In this document: positions 18,921-29,272 of the stretch, piece after piece
Layout of the letters: each line of letters opens with the position of its first letter
Numbering within the stretch: position 1 is the stretch's first letter
NCBI GenBank assembly: GCA_964607485.1
Contig: CAZSKP010000001.1
Coordinates: forward strand, 96,001 to 160,000
DNA: 64,000 bases
DNA from: an uncultured bacterium
GTDB lineage: Bacteria; Abyssobacteria; SURF-5
Direction: 5' to 3'
Made by a program: the position numbers and the translations under genes
Notes under the pieces: model-generated
Told to the model about the DNA's origin: nothing
Databases searched by the model: none
Seen by the model: the letters and a program-made list of their open reading frames with translations, nothing else

Positions 18921-21005
18921 ATGGGTCAGACGGCGATAAGCTCCAGATTCCTGCGGATGTCGCGCAACCAGGACGTGATTGTTGCGGTCATCATCATCGG
19001 CATTCTGTTCATCATGCTGGTGCGGATTCCGCCGTGGACGCTCGACCTGCTGCTGACGCTGAACATTTCGATTTCCGTGCTGATGATTCTCGTGACGATG
19101 TACGTGCAGGAGCCGCTGCAGTTTTCCGTGTTCCCGTCGCTCCTGCTCGTCACCACGCTGTTTCGCCTCGCGCTGAACGTGGCCTCGACGCGGCTCATCC
19201 TCATCGAGGCCTATGCCGGAAAAGTCATCCAGGCCTTCGGCACGTTCGTCGTGGGCGGCAACTACGTCGTAGGCATGATCATCTTCCTCATCATCGTGGT
19301 CATCCAATTCGTCGTGATTACGCGCGGCGCGGGACGCATTTCGGAAGTCGCAGCCAGGTTCACGCTCGACGCGATGCCCGGCAAACAGATGAGCATCGAC
19401 GCCGACCTGAACGCCGGCCTCATCACGGAGGACCAGGCGCGCGCCCGCAGGCGCTCCATCGAGGACGAGGCCGACTTCTACGGCGCGATGGACGGCGCGA
19501 CGAAGTTCATACGGGGCGATGTCATCGCGGGCCTGATAATCACCGGCATCAACATAGTCGGCGGTCTGATAATCGGCGTGCTTCAACTCGGCCTGACCCT
19601 CGGCGAGGCCGCGCGCGTGTACACGACACTGACAGTCGGCGACGGGCTGGTCGCGCAGGTGCCCGCCCTGTTCATCTCGACGTCGGCGGGCATAATCATC
19701 ACCCGAACCGTTTCCGAGGAGAACCTCGGCTCCGACATAACGCGGCAGATGTTCACCTTTCCCCGCGCGGTCGCAATCGCGGCGATGCTGTTAGTCGTAT
19801 TCGGCCTCGTTCCCGGCCTGCCCACGGTTCCGTTCCTGATGGTCGCCGCCGGAGCCGGGTTCGTGTGGTATCAGCTCAACCGGTCGCAAGTGGAGAAGAG
19901 GTTGGCCGGAGAGCGCGAGCGCAAGGCCCGAGAAGAGGCCGCGCCGAAGGCGCCGGAGAACGTTGAAGGCCTCCTGAAGGTGGACGCCATGGAGATAGAG
20001 ATCGGCTACGGGCTCATCCCGCTGGCCGACCCAAAACAGGGCGGCGACCTGCTCGACAGAATTTCCGACATCCGTCGCCGCATGGCTTTGAGGGTAGGAA
20101 TAGTGTTGCCGCCGATTCGCATCCGGGACAACATGGCGCTCAAGCCGAATGAATACACGATAAAGATACGGGGCAACGAGGTCGCCCGCGGCGAGCTTCT
20201 GACCGACCATTACTTGATTATGAATCCCGGAAATGTGATGGAGAAGATTCCCGGAATAGAAACCAAGGAGCCGGCCTTCGGGCTGGATGCCACGTGGATC
20301 ACCGAATCCCAGCGAGCCCGGGCGGAACAGTTGGGGTACACGATCGTTGACCCGCCGTCGGTCCTGGCCACGCACCTGACGGAAATCATACAAGCGCGCG
20401 CCCACGAGCTGTTGGGAAGGCAGGAAGTAAACAACCTGATAGAGAACATAAAGAAGACCTCGCCCGTCGTCGTGGAGGAACTCATTCCCAGCCTTCTTAC
20501 GATGGGAGACATCCAGAAGGTGCTCCGCAATCTGCTCAAGGAGAGGATTGCCATCCGGAATATCGAGACCATATTGGAAACCCTCGCCGACTACGCCCGG
20601 CGCACGAAGGATACGGTCGTGCTGACCGAATACGTGCGGCAGGCTCTCGGGCGGACGATATGCCAAGAGTACATGGACGACAAGGGCCAGATAGTCGCCG
20701 TGACGCTCGACCCACGATTGGAGCAGAAAATTTCAGATTCGTTGAAGGAATCTGAGGGCATTACATACATTGCGCTCGACCCGATGACCGCGCAGAAGAT
20801 CATATCCGCCGCGACGATGGAATCCAAGCGAATGGTAAACGAAGGCCGACAGCCCATCGTGGTGTGCTCGCCCAGGGTACGGCCCTATTTCAAACAAATG
20901 GTTCAAAGCTCTCTTCCGGGTCTGGTCGTGCTCAGCTTCGCCGAAATAGTGCAGGAAGCGAGACTTCACGCCGAAAGGATGGTGAGCGTCGAAGGTGGAC
21001 CTTAA
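18921..21005 (+). CDS. flhA: Flagellar export protein FlhA
   Basis: EVAARFTLDAMPGKQMSIDADL, FYGAMDGA.KF, GDGLVAQVPAL. Confidence 0.98.
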   Translation: MGQTAISSRFLRMSRNQDVIVAVIIIGILFIMLVRIPPWTLDLLLTLNISISVLMILVTMYVQEPLQFSVFPSLLLVTTLFRLALNVASTRLILIEAYAGKVIQAFGTFVVGGNYVVGMIIFLIIVVIQFVVITRGAGRISEVAARFTLDAMPGKQMSIDADLNAGLITEDQARARRRSIEDEADFYGAMDGATKFIRGDVIAGLIITGINIVGGLIIGVLQLGLTLGEAARVYTTLTVGDGLVAQVPALFISTSAGIIITRTVSEENLGSDITRQMFTFPRAVAIAAMLLVVFGLVPGLPTVPFLMVAAGAGFVWYQLNRSQVEKRLAGERERKAREEAAPKAPENVEGLLKVDAMEIEIGYGLIPLADPKQGGDLLDRISDIRRRMALRVGIVLPPIRIRDNMALKPNEYTIKIRGNEVARGELLTDHYLIMNPGNVMEKIPGIETKEPAFGLDATWITESQRARAEQLGYTIVDPPSVLATHLTEIIQARAHELLGRQEVNNLIENIKKTSPVVVEELIPSLLTMGDIQKVLRNLLKERIAIRNIETILETLADYARRTKDTVVLTEYVRQALGRTICQEYMDDKGQIVAVTLDPRLEQKISDSLKESEGITYIALDPMTAQKIISAATMESKRMVNEGRQPIVVCSPRVRPYFKQMVQSSLPGLVVLSFAEIVQEARLHAERMVSVEGGP

Positions 21006-22155
21006 GCGATTTCGCGCAAACACGATGCAGGCGGCCCTGGCGCAGGTGAAGCAGGAGCTTGGCCCCGAGGCCGTCATTCTGAACACCAAGACATTCTACC
21101 AGGGCGGCTTTTTCGGATTGGGCAAGAGAGAAGTCGTCGAGATACTGGCGTCCAAAGAGGTGAACATCGTCGACACGCCCCCGTCGTTCGCCCATCAGAA
21201 GAAGGCCTACGCGCGCCATCACACCTCCGGACGGACCTGGCCCCCACTGTGGCAAGATTCCGGAGCGGACGATGGGAAACCCGACGAAATTCTCAAGGAG
21301 CTCGCCTCGCTGAAATCGCAGGTGGAGCTGCTGACGAGGGAGTGCGTCCGCGACCCCGACTGTCCCCCGGTGCTGAACGAATACTACCAGAACCTGCTGG
21401 GCGCGGGAGTCTCCAGGCTTCTGGCGAAGGAACTGGTCGGCGCCGTGCACACCGCTCTGAGCGAGTCCGACCTCGAAGACCGCGCAAAGGTGGAAAAGAA
21501 GCTCGCGGATGAGATGGGGAAACTCATCAAGCTGAGCGGACCGATAAAATGCGATGGCCGCAAGGTTCGCAAGATCGTCATGACCGGTCCGACGGGCGTC
21601 GGAAAGACGACCACGATAGCCAAGCTCGCCGCCCAGTATTCGATCAAGGAAAGGCGAAAGGTCGGGCTCATCACCGCCGACACGTACCGCATCGCCGCAG
21701 TGGAACAACTGAAGGTGTATGCGGACATCATAGGTGTGACGCTCGATGTCGTGCTCACGCCGAAAGAGCTCCGCGAGGCAGTCGCGCGTCACTCCGACAA
21801 AGAGATCATTTTCATCGACACCGCCGGCCGGAGCCAACAGAACCAGACGAGGCTGGTGGAGCTGAAGAGCTTCGTCGAATCCGCCGAGCCCGATGAGAAC
21901 CATCTCCTGATAAGCGCGACCACAGATAGGGACGAGATGTTCAACGTCATCGATAAGTTCAACATCGTCGAGGTCTCGAGCTTTATCTTCTCGAAAGTGG
22001 ACGAGTGCAGGAGGCCGGGGCTCATCTTCGATGTCCTGTCGAACTCCGACAAACCTGTCTCGTACATCACGACGGGCCAGGATGTTCCCGACGACATAGA
22101 GGTGGCCACGCAGGCGGGGCTTCTCAACCTGCTGTTCAGGAACGGCGAAAAATGA
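20995..22155 (+). CDS. flhF: Flagellar SRP-type GTPase FlhF
   Basis: GPTGVGKTTTIAKLAA, DTYRIAA, DTAG, GQDVPDD. Confidence 0.96.
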   Translation: MDLKRFRANTMQAALAQVKQELGPEAVILNTKTFYQGGFFGLGKREVVEILASKEVNIVDTPPSFAHQKKAYARHHTSGRTWPPLWQDSGADDGKPDEILKELASLKSQVELLTRECVRDPDCPPVLNEYYQNLLGAGVSRLLAKELVGAVHTALSESDLEDRAKVEKKLADEMGKLIKLSGPIKCDGRKVRKIVMTGPTGVGKTTTIAKLAAQYSIKERRKVGLITADTYRIAAVEQLKVYADIIGVTLDVVLTPKELREAVARHSDKEIIFIDTAGRSQQNQTRLVELKSFVESAEPDENHLLISATTDRDEMFNVIDKFNIVEVSSFIFSKVDECRRPGLIFDVLSNSDKPVSYITTGQDVPDDIEVATQAGLLNLLFRNGEK

Positions 22156-23015
22156 GCGACCAGGCACAAAAACTGCGCGAGCTTGCGGCCGCGTTCAAGG
22201 CGCAGCCGCGCATCATCACCGTCACGAGCGGCAAGGGCGGCGTCGGCAAGTCGAACGTGGTGATAAACCTCGCCATCGCCATTTCGCGGATGGGAAAGCG
22301 CGTGCTGGTCATCGACGCCGACCTGGGGCTTGCAAACGTCGATATACTGCTCGGGCTGAAGAACAGGTTCAATCTTCAGTACGTGATAGAAGGCAAGATG
22401 AAGCTCAAGGACATCGTCGTGGTCGGCCCGGCGGGAATAAAGGTGGTTCCCGGCAGCTCGGGCATACCCCGCATCGCCAACATGAGCAGCCGCAAACGCC
22501 AGGAATTCATCGCCTCGTTCAAAGAGCTCGAGGGCGAGGCCGACATGATTCTCATCGACACCTCCGCCGGGATGACGAAGAATGTGATCAACTTCACGCT
22601 GCTGGCCGACGACATAATACTCGTGACCACGCCCGAGCCGTCGGCGGTCACCGATGCCTACGCGATGATAAAGGTGATACACGCCGAGAAGCCCGAGGCC
22701 AAGGTGGGCCTCGTTGTGAACCAGGCGCGCTCCGAGGCGCAGGCGCTGGATGTGGCGACCAAGATCGCACAGGTAGCCCGGCAGTTCCTCAATTTTCACG
22801 TGTACGTGCTCGGGACGATGCCGAGCGACCCGTATGTGCCCAGAGCGGTCATGCAGCGACAGCCCTGGACTGAGCTCTACCCCAGGGCGGCCGCCACGAA
22901 GGCGGTGAGGCAAATCGCCGCCAAATTGCTCAACGGCGAGGACCGGCCCGCAACGGAGAAAAACGGCTTCATCCAGCGGGTGTCGGCCTATTTCAGGGCG
23001 GGCGACCAGGCATAG
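22152..23015 (+). CDS. flhG: MinD-like ATPase FlhG/FleN
   Basis: MSDQAQKLR, SGKGGVGKS, DADLGLAN, TPEPSAVTDAY. Confidence 0.95.
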   Translation: MSDQAQKLRELAAAFKAQPRIITVTSGKGGVGKSNVVINLAIAISRMGKRVLVIDADLGLANVDILLGLKNRFNLQYVIEGKMKLKDIVVVGPAGIKVVPGSSGIPRIANMSSRKRQEFIASFKELEGEADMILIDTSAGMTKNVINFTLLADDIILVTTPEPSAVTDAYAMIKVIHAEKPEAKVGLVVNQARSEAQALDVATKIAQVARQFLNFHVYVLGTMPSDPYVPRAVMQRQPWTELYPRAAATKAVRQIAAKLLNGEDRPATEKNGFIQRVSAYFRAGDQA

Positions 23016-23089
23016 GGCGCGCGCCGGAATGCGGACATGTGGGCGCAGAGCCCGCCGGATGTCTTATCTTGTTCTTATTTATTCCTTGC

Positions 23090-23100
23090 TGTGGTATAAT
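23090..23100 (+). promoter_or_regulatory. Extended -10 promoter upstream of fliM
   Basis: TGTGGTATAAT in the AT-rich flhG-fliM gap. Confidence 0.5.
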
Positions 23101-23153
23101 TACGAAGACATCGGTCGCGGGCTCACGACGGACCCGAGAGGGGGGAGCGCGAC

Positions 23154-24137
23154 GTGGCTGACATACTGAGCCAGGAAGAAGTTGACGCCCTTCTTGCAGC
23201 GGTATCGGAAGGGGAAGCCCAGGTCGAACGCCCCGAAGCGCCGCCGAAGCGGTACGACGTTGCGAAATACGATTTCAAGAGACCCGAGCGGGTGTCGAAG
23301 GAGCAGTTTCGGGGCTTCCAGACGCTGTCGGAACTGTTTTCGCGCGACCTGAGCACGGCGCTCGGAGGGTCGCTGAGGGCAATCGCGCGCGTTTCCGTCG
23401 TCTCAGTTGACCAGATCACGTACGATGAATACGTGATGTCAATATCGAACCCCACCTCTTACAACGTCATCCAGCTTCCGCCGCTCGACGGCAATCTGAT
23501 ACTCGAATTCAGCCCATCGCTCATCTTCCCCATAATAGACCGGCTGCTCGGCGGCAGGGGCGTGGCGATTGCCAGGACGCGCGAGCTGACCGAGATAGAA
23601 CAAAAGCTTGTCGCCAAGATTGTCGAGATTGTCCTGAGAACTCTCGTCCGGGCGTGGCGGCACCTCGAGGAATTTTCATGGAAGCTCGTTGCGCAGGAGA
23701 ACGACCCCCAGATTGTGCAGATAGTGACCGGCAGCGAGATAGTGCTTGCCATCAAGTTCGAGCTGAGCATCGGCGATATCGCCGGAACGATGAGCCTGTG
23801 TCTGCCCGTGCTCGCCATCGAGCCGATACTGGAGAAAGTGGGGGCTGAGTACACCTTCTACGGCGCCAGGCCGGAGTACAAAGGCCCGCAAACCGCCGCG
23901 ATGGTCGAGGAAATAGTCATGCATGCGAACGCGAATGTCGAGGCGTATATGGCAGGCTCCGCCATATCCGTGAGGGACCTCCTGAGGTTGCAGACAGGCG
24001 ATATAGTCAGGCTCGACAACAGCGTTGCAGAGGAAAGCTGCGTTACGGTGAGTGTATCCGGAAAACCGAAGTTCAGGGCCAAACAAGGACGAATAGGCAA
24101 CAAGCAGGCCATTCAGATAGTCGCCAGACTCCATTGA
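23154..24137 (+). CDS. fliM: Flagellar motor switch protein FliM
   Basis: LSQEEVDALL CheY-binding peptide, YDFKRPERVSKEQ, DRLLGG.G, RELTEIE. Confidence 0.97.
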   Translation: MADILSQEEVDALLAAVSEGEAQVERPEAPPKRYDVAKYDFKRPERVSKEQFRGFQTLSELFSRDLSTALGGSLRAIARVSVVSVDQITYDEYVMSISNPTSYNVIQLPPLDGNLILEFSPSLIFPIIDRLLGGRGVAIARTRELTEIEQKLVAKIVEIVLRTLVRAWRHLEEFSWKLVAQENDPQIVQIVTGSEIVLAIKFELSIGDIAGTMSLCLPVLAIEPILEKVGAEYTFYGARPEYKGPQTAAMVEEIVMHANANVEAYMAGSAISVRDLLRLQTGDIVRLDNSVAEESCVTVSVSGKPKFRAKQGRIGNKQAIQIVARLH

Positions 24138-24164
24138 GGCCGAACGAGCCTGGAGGTCAACGAT

Positions 24165-25133
24165 ATGGCAGATAGGCGCAGTGACCAAGAGATGTCGCAA
24201 AGTCAGTCCGACACAGCGTGGAGCCACCAGTTCGCCGACGTGCTCGGGTCGATTCTGACGTCCGCGTCAGTCATGTTCCCCGTCAGCGAAGAGTTCGACA
24301 TCAGGTTCTCCGTCGCGCTCGTGGGAGAGATGGGCAAGGATGAGTTCGCCAACCTGCTCGGAGAGATGCCGGTCATTGCGGACATCGGCATCAGCGAAGA
24401 CCTCGGGGAAAAAGCCGCCATATTGACCGATATACCCACGGCATCGGCGCTCGCCGGCCTCGTCTCCACGGGAGAGCCGAAGCAGATGGACACCCTGAGC
24501 GAAGACGACATCGCCTCGCTCAGCGACGCCTTGAGTCCCATCCTCGAAGCCTTTTCGGCTTCCTGCCGCGACGCGACGGGAAGGCCGTTCGGCTCGATTG
24601 AGAATATCGAGATCTCCGACCCCGTCAGTCAGGAGCGCATGGTCGAGGAACTGCCGGAGTCGCTCTGTCGCGCGACTGCGTCGGTCAGTATAGGCAAAGA
24701 AGTGAGCGGCCGGCTCGCCCTCGTTGTGCCCCTCAACCTGGCACAGACGATGGCTGAGGCCGAGGCTGAGGCGGCCGCCGCCTCGAAGCCCCAAGTTCGC
24801 TCTTACGAGCCCGTCGAAATCGAGCAGGATACGACCGCTCGTCCCGAAGCCCGGGCGACGCGGGAGCCTTCAATGGAAAACATCGACCTCATTCTCGACA
24901 TCCAACTGGAGCTCACCGCAAGGTTGGGACAGGTGGAGATGGCCATAGGCGAGATCATGAAGCTTGCCCCCGGCTCCGTCATCGACATCGACCGGTTTGC
25001 GGACGAGCCCATCGAACTGGTCGTGAACGACCGACCCATTGCGCGAGGCGAGATAGTCGTCGTTCAGGAAAACTTCGGCATAAGGATCACCGAGATAATT
25101 AGTCCGAAGGAGCGAATAAAGAGTCTGAGATAA
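24165..25133 (+). CDS. fliN: FliY/FliN-type switch protein (N-terminal CheC-like region plus C-terminal SpoA domain)
   Basis: C-terminal NIDLILDIQLEL..LG..GEIVVVQENFGIRITEI; ~230-aa N-terminal extension. Confidence 0.85.
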   Translation: MADRRSDQEMSQSQSDTAWSHQFADVLGSILTSASVMFPVSEEFDIRFSVALVGEMGKDEFANLLGEMPVIADIGISEDLGEKAAILTDIPTASALAGLVSTGEPKQMDTLSEDDIASLSDALSPILEAFSASCRDATGRPFGSIENIEISDPVSQERMVEELPESLCRATASVSIGKEVSGRLALVVPLNLAQTMAEAEAEAAAASKPQVRSYEPVEIEQDTTARPEARATREPSMENIDLILDIQLELTARLGQVEMAIGEIMKLAPGSVIDIDRFADEPIELVVNDRPIARGEIVVVQENFGIRITEIISPKERIKSLR

Positions 25134-25254
25134 TCGACGCACGGAAAGGCATGCTCTCGACGTTCGCCCCTGCCAAGTCGCATTCCAAGCGCGCCGTTTT
25201 TTACGCGCGTCGGGATTCTACACCCTCGATTGTGACTCTCATTGGAGAGCTTTT

Positions 25255-26046
25255 TTGAAAAAGGACCAGGTCACGAAAAAAAACCTCGACAGGCTCTGGA
25301 AGGAGTACAAAGAGGAGGGAAGCGCACAGGCGAGGGAAACGATCATCACCGAGTATCTGCGCCTCGTCAAGTTCATCGCCGGCAGAATGGCGATGAATTC
25401 GCCTCCACAAGTGGAGGAAGACGACCTCATCGGCTGGGGCGTGCTGGGACTCTTGGACGCGGTCGAGAAATTCGACCTCGAACAGAAAGTCAATTTTGAA
25501 ACGTACGCCTCCGTGAGGATACGCGGCCACATCATCGACCAGATACGGTCGCTCGACTGGGCTCCGCGTTCATTGAGACAGAAGGCGCGCCAGATGAGCC
25601 GGGCGTCGGCAAGGTTGAAGGACGAACTCGGCCGCGAGCCGACCGAGGCGGAGCTGGCAAGCGAACTGCAAATGACCGATGACGAAGTGTTTCAGTTGAG
25701 GACCGAGATACATGGCGCATATGTGCTCTCGCTCGATACGGCGATATCGGCCGAGGACGAGTCGGGCGAGACGACCCTGGGGCAGGTTACGGGCGACGCG
25801 AGCACTCCCTCGCCCGAGGATTCGATGAACCGAAAAGAAGTGGAACAGCGATTGGCGAAGGCGATCGAACGACTGCCAACCGACGAACGACAGGTGATCA
25901 CGCTGTACTACTATGACGAACTGACGCTCAAGGAAATCGGCGAGGTTCTCGGCCTTTCCGAATCTCGCATATGTCAGATTCACAGGGCGGTCATACGAAA
26001 ACTCGAACGACACCTGAGGGACATTCTTCGAGATGCGGTTTTTTGA
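25255..26046 (+). CDS. fliA: Flagellar sigma factor FliA/WhiG (sigma28)
   Basis: FETYASVRIRGHIIDQIRSLDWAPRSLR, ELTLKEIGEVLGLSESRICQIH; TTG start. Confidence 0.96.
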   Translation: MKKDQVTKKNLDRLWKEYKEEGSAQARETIITEYLRLVKFIAGRMAMNSPPQVEEDDLIGWGVLGLLDAVEKFDLEQKVNFETYASVRIRGHIIDQIRSLDWAPRSLRQKARQMSRASARLKDELGREPTEAELASELQMTDDEVFQLRTEIHGAYVLSLDTAISAEDESGETTLGQVTGDASTPSPEDSMNRKEVEQRLAKAIERLPTDERQVITLYYYDELTLKEIGEVLGLSESRICQIHRAVIRKLERHLRDILRDAVF

Positions 26047-26572
26047 GATATTCTTCTTAGTCATCGGAGCGGGGCTTCTCGCGCTGGCGGCCTGGTTGGG
26101 AAAAAGGCGGGACAAGGAGGAAGACCGCCGTGCGCCGAGGCAGATTGTGTCGGGCCTGTCCGGCGGCAATGCCGTCAAGCTCCAGACCTCGCTCACGGAA
26201 TTGCTCAACGAATTGCACACGCTCAGCCGGGATATGACGGTCGACCTCGAGCAGAAGCTGTCAGAGTTAAAGGAATTGCTTCAATTGGCCGATACGAAGC
26301 TTGAGGAACTTTCGTCGGCCAACAGCAGAGGACGATACATGGGCAATTCACCGGCCAGACAGCGAGCGGACGGAGACAGTCTCCCAAAACCGTCCGAACC
26401 GGAACTCGAAATCACCGTAGAAGACAACGATGCTCCATCCCCGCCCCCCAATCGATATCAGCAGATATATCAGATGGCAGACGAAGGGTTCCGCCTCGAC
26501 GACATCGCCCGGCATGTGCAGATGGGCAAGGGCGAGATTCAGCTTATCTTGAGCCTCCGAAAAAAGGACTGA
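26033..26572 (+). CDS. Membrane-anchored protein with C-terminal HTH-like tail (DUF2802/DUF6115-like)
   Basis: N-terminal TM, coiled coil, IARHVQMGKGEIQLILSL; downstream of fliA. Confidence 0.7.
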   Translation: MRFFEIFFLVIGAGLLALAAWLGKRRDKEEDRRAPRQIVSGLSGGNAVKLQTSLTELLNELHTLSRDMTVDLEQKLSELKELLQLADTKLEELSSANSRGRYMGNSPARQRADGDSLPKPSEPELEITVEDNDAPSPPPNRYQQIYQMADEGFRLDDIARHVQMGKGEIQLILSLRKKD

Positions 26573-26577
26573 ACCTC

Positions 26578-28128
26578 ATGCCCGTCCGTTTCCCCGGCGA
26601 ACTCCCCCTTGAACCGATGACCGATTCCACCGCTCGCGGTCTCTCCGGGCTCAGGCACGGAGAGCTGTTGACCGGAAAAGTGACGCGCGTCGATGCCGAC
26701 GGCAGGGCCGCCGTCAGGTTCGCCGATTTCGAGGTGCAGACCCGTGCGAACAGCCTTCTCCAGGCCGGAACGAGGGTGTTTGCGCACGTGCAAAAGAACC
26801 GCGACGAAACTCTCCTCACACTGCTGCCCAATACGAGAGAAGGCGACATTCTCACCGGCGACCTTGTCTCATCCCGTTCATCCGAGAGCCTCGCCCGATT
26901 CGGCGAATCCGAGCTCAGAGTCCGCCTTCCGTCCTCGGAAGCTGCGTTGCCGGAGGGAGCGTCCGTCCGGGCGCAGGTGCAGGTGTCGGCGGGCAGGCCC
27001 GTCCTTCAGGCGCTGCCGGGAGGAGCCTCGCAGACGGTTGTAAGCGGAACCGTCGTGAGCGTGCGGGAGGATGGAAGCATACTGCTCGACGTCGAAGGAA
27101 CGGCCCTGATTGCAAACGGGGCGGAGGGCTTGAAAGCGGGCGACAGCGTGCAGGCGGCGGTGCGGGAGGCTGACGGCAAGCTGCTCCTGCAGGTCTTGCC
27201 CCAGACACCTTCTTCCGAGCAGGCGGCGCCCGCACTCGGAGGGGAAATCGGGGAACTGCTCGGGAAATTTCTCGCCATGCCGCAGTATGCCCGACTGCTG
27301 GAGGCATTCCTCTCCGGCGAGCTCAAGCTCGACGGCGCCGGCCGCGACCTGCTGTTGCTTCTTCAGCAACTGGCAGGAGGAACCGAGGCCGACAGGGCCG
27401 AATGGGCCTCGACCCTCGCCCGGACGCTCGAGACAATTCTCCTCAATCCGCAAGGGGAAGGTTTCACGGGGCAGGTGGGCGACGCAATCACCAACTCGGG
27501 CATCTTTCTCGAATCGCGCCTCGCGCAGGCGGCGCTTTCGCAGGAGCTTGACCCTGCCATATCGGGCGACCTGAAGCTTGCGCTCCTTCTCGCCGACCAG
27601 AAGCTCTCGCAGATGCTTCAAGCCGCCGGCGCGAAGGGCACAGAGCTGCCTCCCCATCTCGCCGAGATAGCGGCGAAGGTCGGCCAGCTTCTCGACGCGG
27701 TGACAGCGGGGCAGTTCCTGAACGTCCGCATGCTTCCCTCGCAGCAGATATATATCCAACTCCCGTTTTCCGGAGGAGCCGAGCTCGACCGCGTGGAGAT
27801 TCGAATCTCGCCGCGCGAAAAAGGCGGCTCCCGCAAGATCGACCCAAGAAATGTGTTGCTCACGCTGGCCGTCACGACCTCAAAGCTCGGCCGAATAAAG
27901 GCCGCGCTCTCCATAATCGACGGGCAGATAAGCTGCCAGTTCAAGGCCTCCCGCGAATCGGTCGTGGAGCTTCTTACCAGCAACGCCGACGCTCTCAGGA
28001 GCGGCCTTGAAAAGCTGCATTACCGGGTCGCGCACATCGGCTGCACGATGAGCGGCGACGAGCGCGACCTCTCGCTTTTCGACGAGCCGGCCGCATTCCC
28101 TCAGGAAGGACTCGATGTGCGAATATGA
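26578..28128 (+). CDS. FliK-like hook-length control protein
   Basis: SGIFLESRL and C-terminal T3S4-like region (LGRIKA.L..ISCQF); paired with an FlhB-C-like gene. Confidence 0.7.
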   Translation: MPVRFPGELPLEPMTDSTARGLSGLRHGELLTGKVTRVDADGRAAVRFADFEVQTRANSLLQAGTRVFAHVQKNRDETLLTLLPNTREGDILTGDLVSSRSSESLARFGESELRVRLPSSEAALPEGASVRAQVQVSAGRPVLQALPGGASQTVVSGTVVSVREDGSILLDVEGTALIANGAEGLKAGDSVQAAVREADGKLLLQVLPQTPSSEQAAPALGGEIGELLGKFLAMPQYARLLEAFLSGELKLDGAGRDLLLLLQQLAGGTEADRAEWASTLARTLETILLNPQGEGFTGQVGDAITNSGIFLESRLAQAALSQELDPAISGDLKLALLLADQKLSQMLQAAGAKGTELPPHLAEIAAKVGQLLDAVTAGQFLNVRMLPSQQIYIQLPFSGGAELDRVEIRISPREKGGSRKIDPRNVLLTLAVTTSKLGRIKAALSIIDGQISCQFKASRESVVELLTSNADALRSGLEKLHYRVAHIGCTMSGDERDLSLFDEPAAFPQEGLDVRI

Positions 28129-28424
28129 CGCGAGATAACGAGGAAAAACCCGCCGCCGAACTCCCTCAGAGGGCGGTGGCGCTGCGGTATAACCGGGACA
28201 AGGAACAGGCTCCTAGAATCGTTGCGAAAGGGAGCGGATACCTTGCCGAGCGCATAATCGAGGTGGCCCGCGCCCACGGCGTCACCATCTATGAAGACAA
28301 AGAATTGATCGAACTCCTTTCCCGAATAGAGCTTTACCAGGTGATTCCGGTGGAGCTCTACCAGATTATCGCCGAAGTGCTCGCCTTCGTGTATCGCCTC
28401 AACAAAGACGCCCTCAAACTGTAG
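28125..28424 (+). CDS. FlhB C-terminal-like (EscU/YscU/HrcU family, YlqH-like) protein
   Basis: AVALRY..APRIVAKG.G.LAERII, IPVELYQIIAEVLAFVY. Confidence 0.92.
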   Translation: MTRDNEEKPAAELPQRAVALRYNRDKEQAPRIVAKGSGYLAERIIEVARAHGVTIYEDKELIELLSRIELYQVIPVELYQIIAEVLAFVYRLNKDALKL

Positions 28425-28594
28425 CGCCCGCCGGCCCCGCCTCGGTGGAAAACCCCGAAAAGAGGCATCGGCGGTCTTTTTTGAGGCCGGATTCCTGAAA
28501 AAAAGCATTTCCCCAATTCCAGCGGCTTTATTGGTCATGCCATAACATTTTTATTGACAATGAGTTATGATTTAGGCCCCCCAATTGAGGGTCC

Positions 28595-28611
28595 TGGCAA
28601 GGTTCTTGCCA
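28595..28611. promoter_or_regulatory. Sigma54-type -24/-12 element (palindromic)
   Basis: TGGCAAGGTTCTTGCCA fits GG-N10-GC on both strands; AT-rich CATAAC..GTTATG box upstream. Confidence 0.5.
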
Positions 28612-28776
28612 TGTTATATGGATGAAAGTCCGAAAGTTGGCACGAAGTTATGGAGGAGGATGAGGCCGGAGGCGGTCGCCTCCATCGAAAAAGGCGCGTG
28701 GCTCTCAGAAACTCAGTTCACCGCTGATACAAAGTCTTCTTAAGAATCCAGTAAGATATGTGAGGTGAGCGAGACC

Positions 28777-29043
28777 ATGCGAGCCATGATAATCGTGGCC
28801 ATAATCCTCGGCGTGCTGGCCGGCATTTACCTGTACGTGATGGCGCTTTGCTATCTCTGCGACGTGTATGAACAAAAGAAACTGGCCAAACAGGAAGCCG
28901 AAGAGAAGAGACGCAGGGAAGATCTCAAGCGCATCATCGAGGAGACGGAGATGAGGCGCAGGGCGGAAATGGAACGGCGGAAGAAGGTAGCCGAAGAGCG
29001 CAGGCGACGGGGGCCAATAAGGGCCGGGAAGACATTCGCATAG
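28777..29043 (+). CDS. Small membrane-anchored charged helical protein
   Basis: N-terminal TM then E/K/R-rich helix; GAGGTG RBS before ATG 28777. Confidence 0.65.
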   Translation: MRAMIIVAIILGVLAGIYLYVMALCYLCDVYEQKKLAKQEAEEKRRREDLKRIIEETEMRRRAEMERRKKVAEERRRRGPIRAGKTFA

Positions 29044-29272
29044 GTCGATGGCGCGGCATGTAGGACGACCTTGTTGCCTTTGACGCCAAAAAATGATAAG
29101 ATAACAATGGATTATAGCGATAGAATGTTTGACAACCATTATACCGAAGGAGAAAGGCAAGACCGAGGGAATCAAAAGAAAATGATTTTGCGGGCAGCCT
29201 AAAATGGTGTGGGTGGACGGTGGGCGCCGGTCACCGGGGACGGCTGGCGCCTATGCCCGCAAAAGATGGTTT

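Noticed and set aside
22005-22151. N-terminal extension of FlhG
   Set aside because: Overlaps flhF; the conserved MxDQA start is at 22152.
28637-28653. TTGGCACG as another sigma54 site
   Set aside because: No GC at the -12 position.
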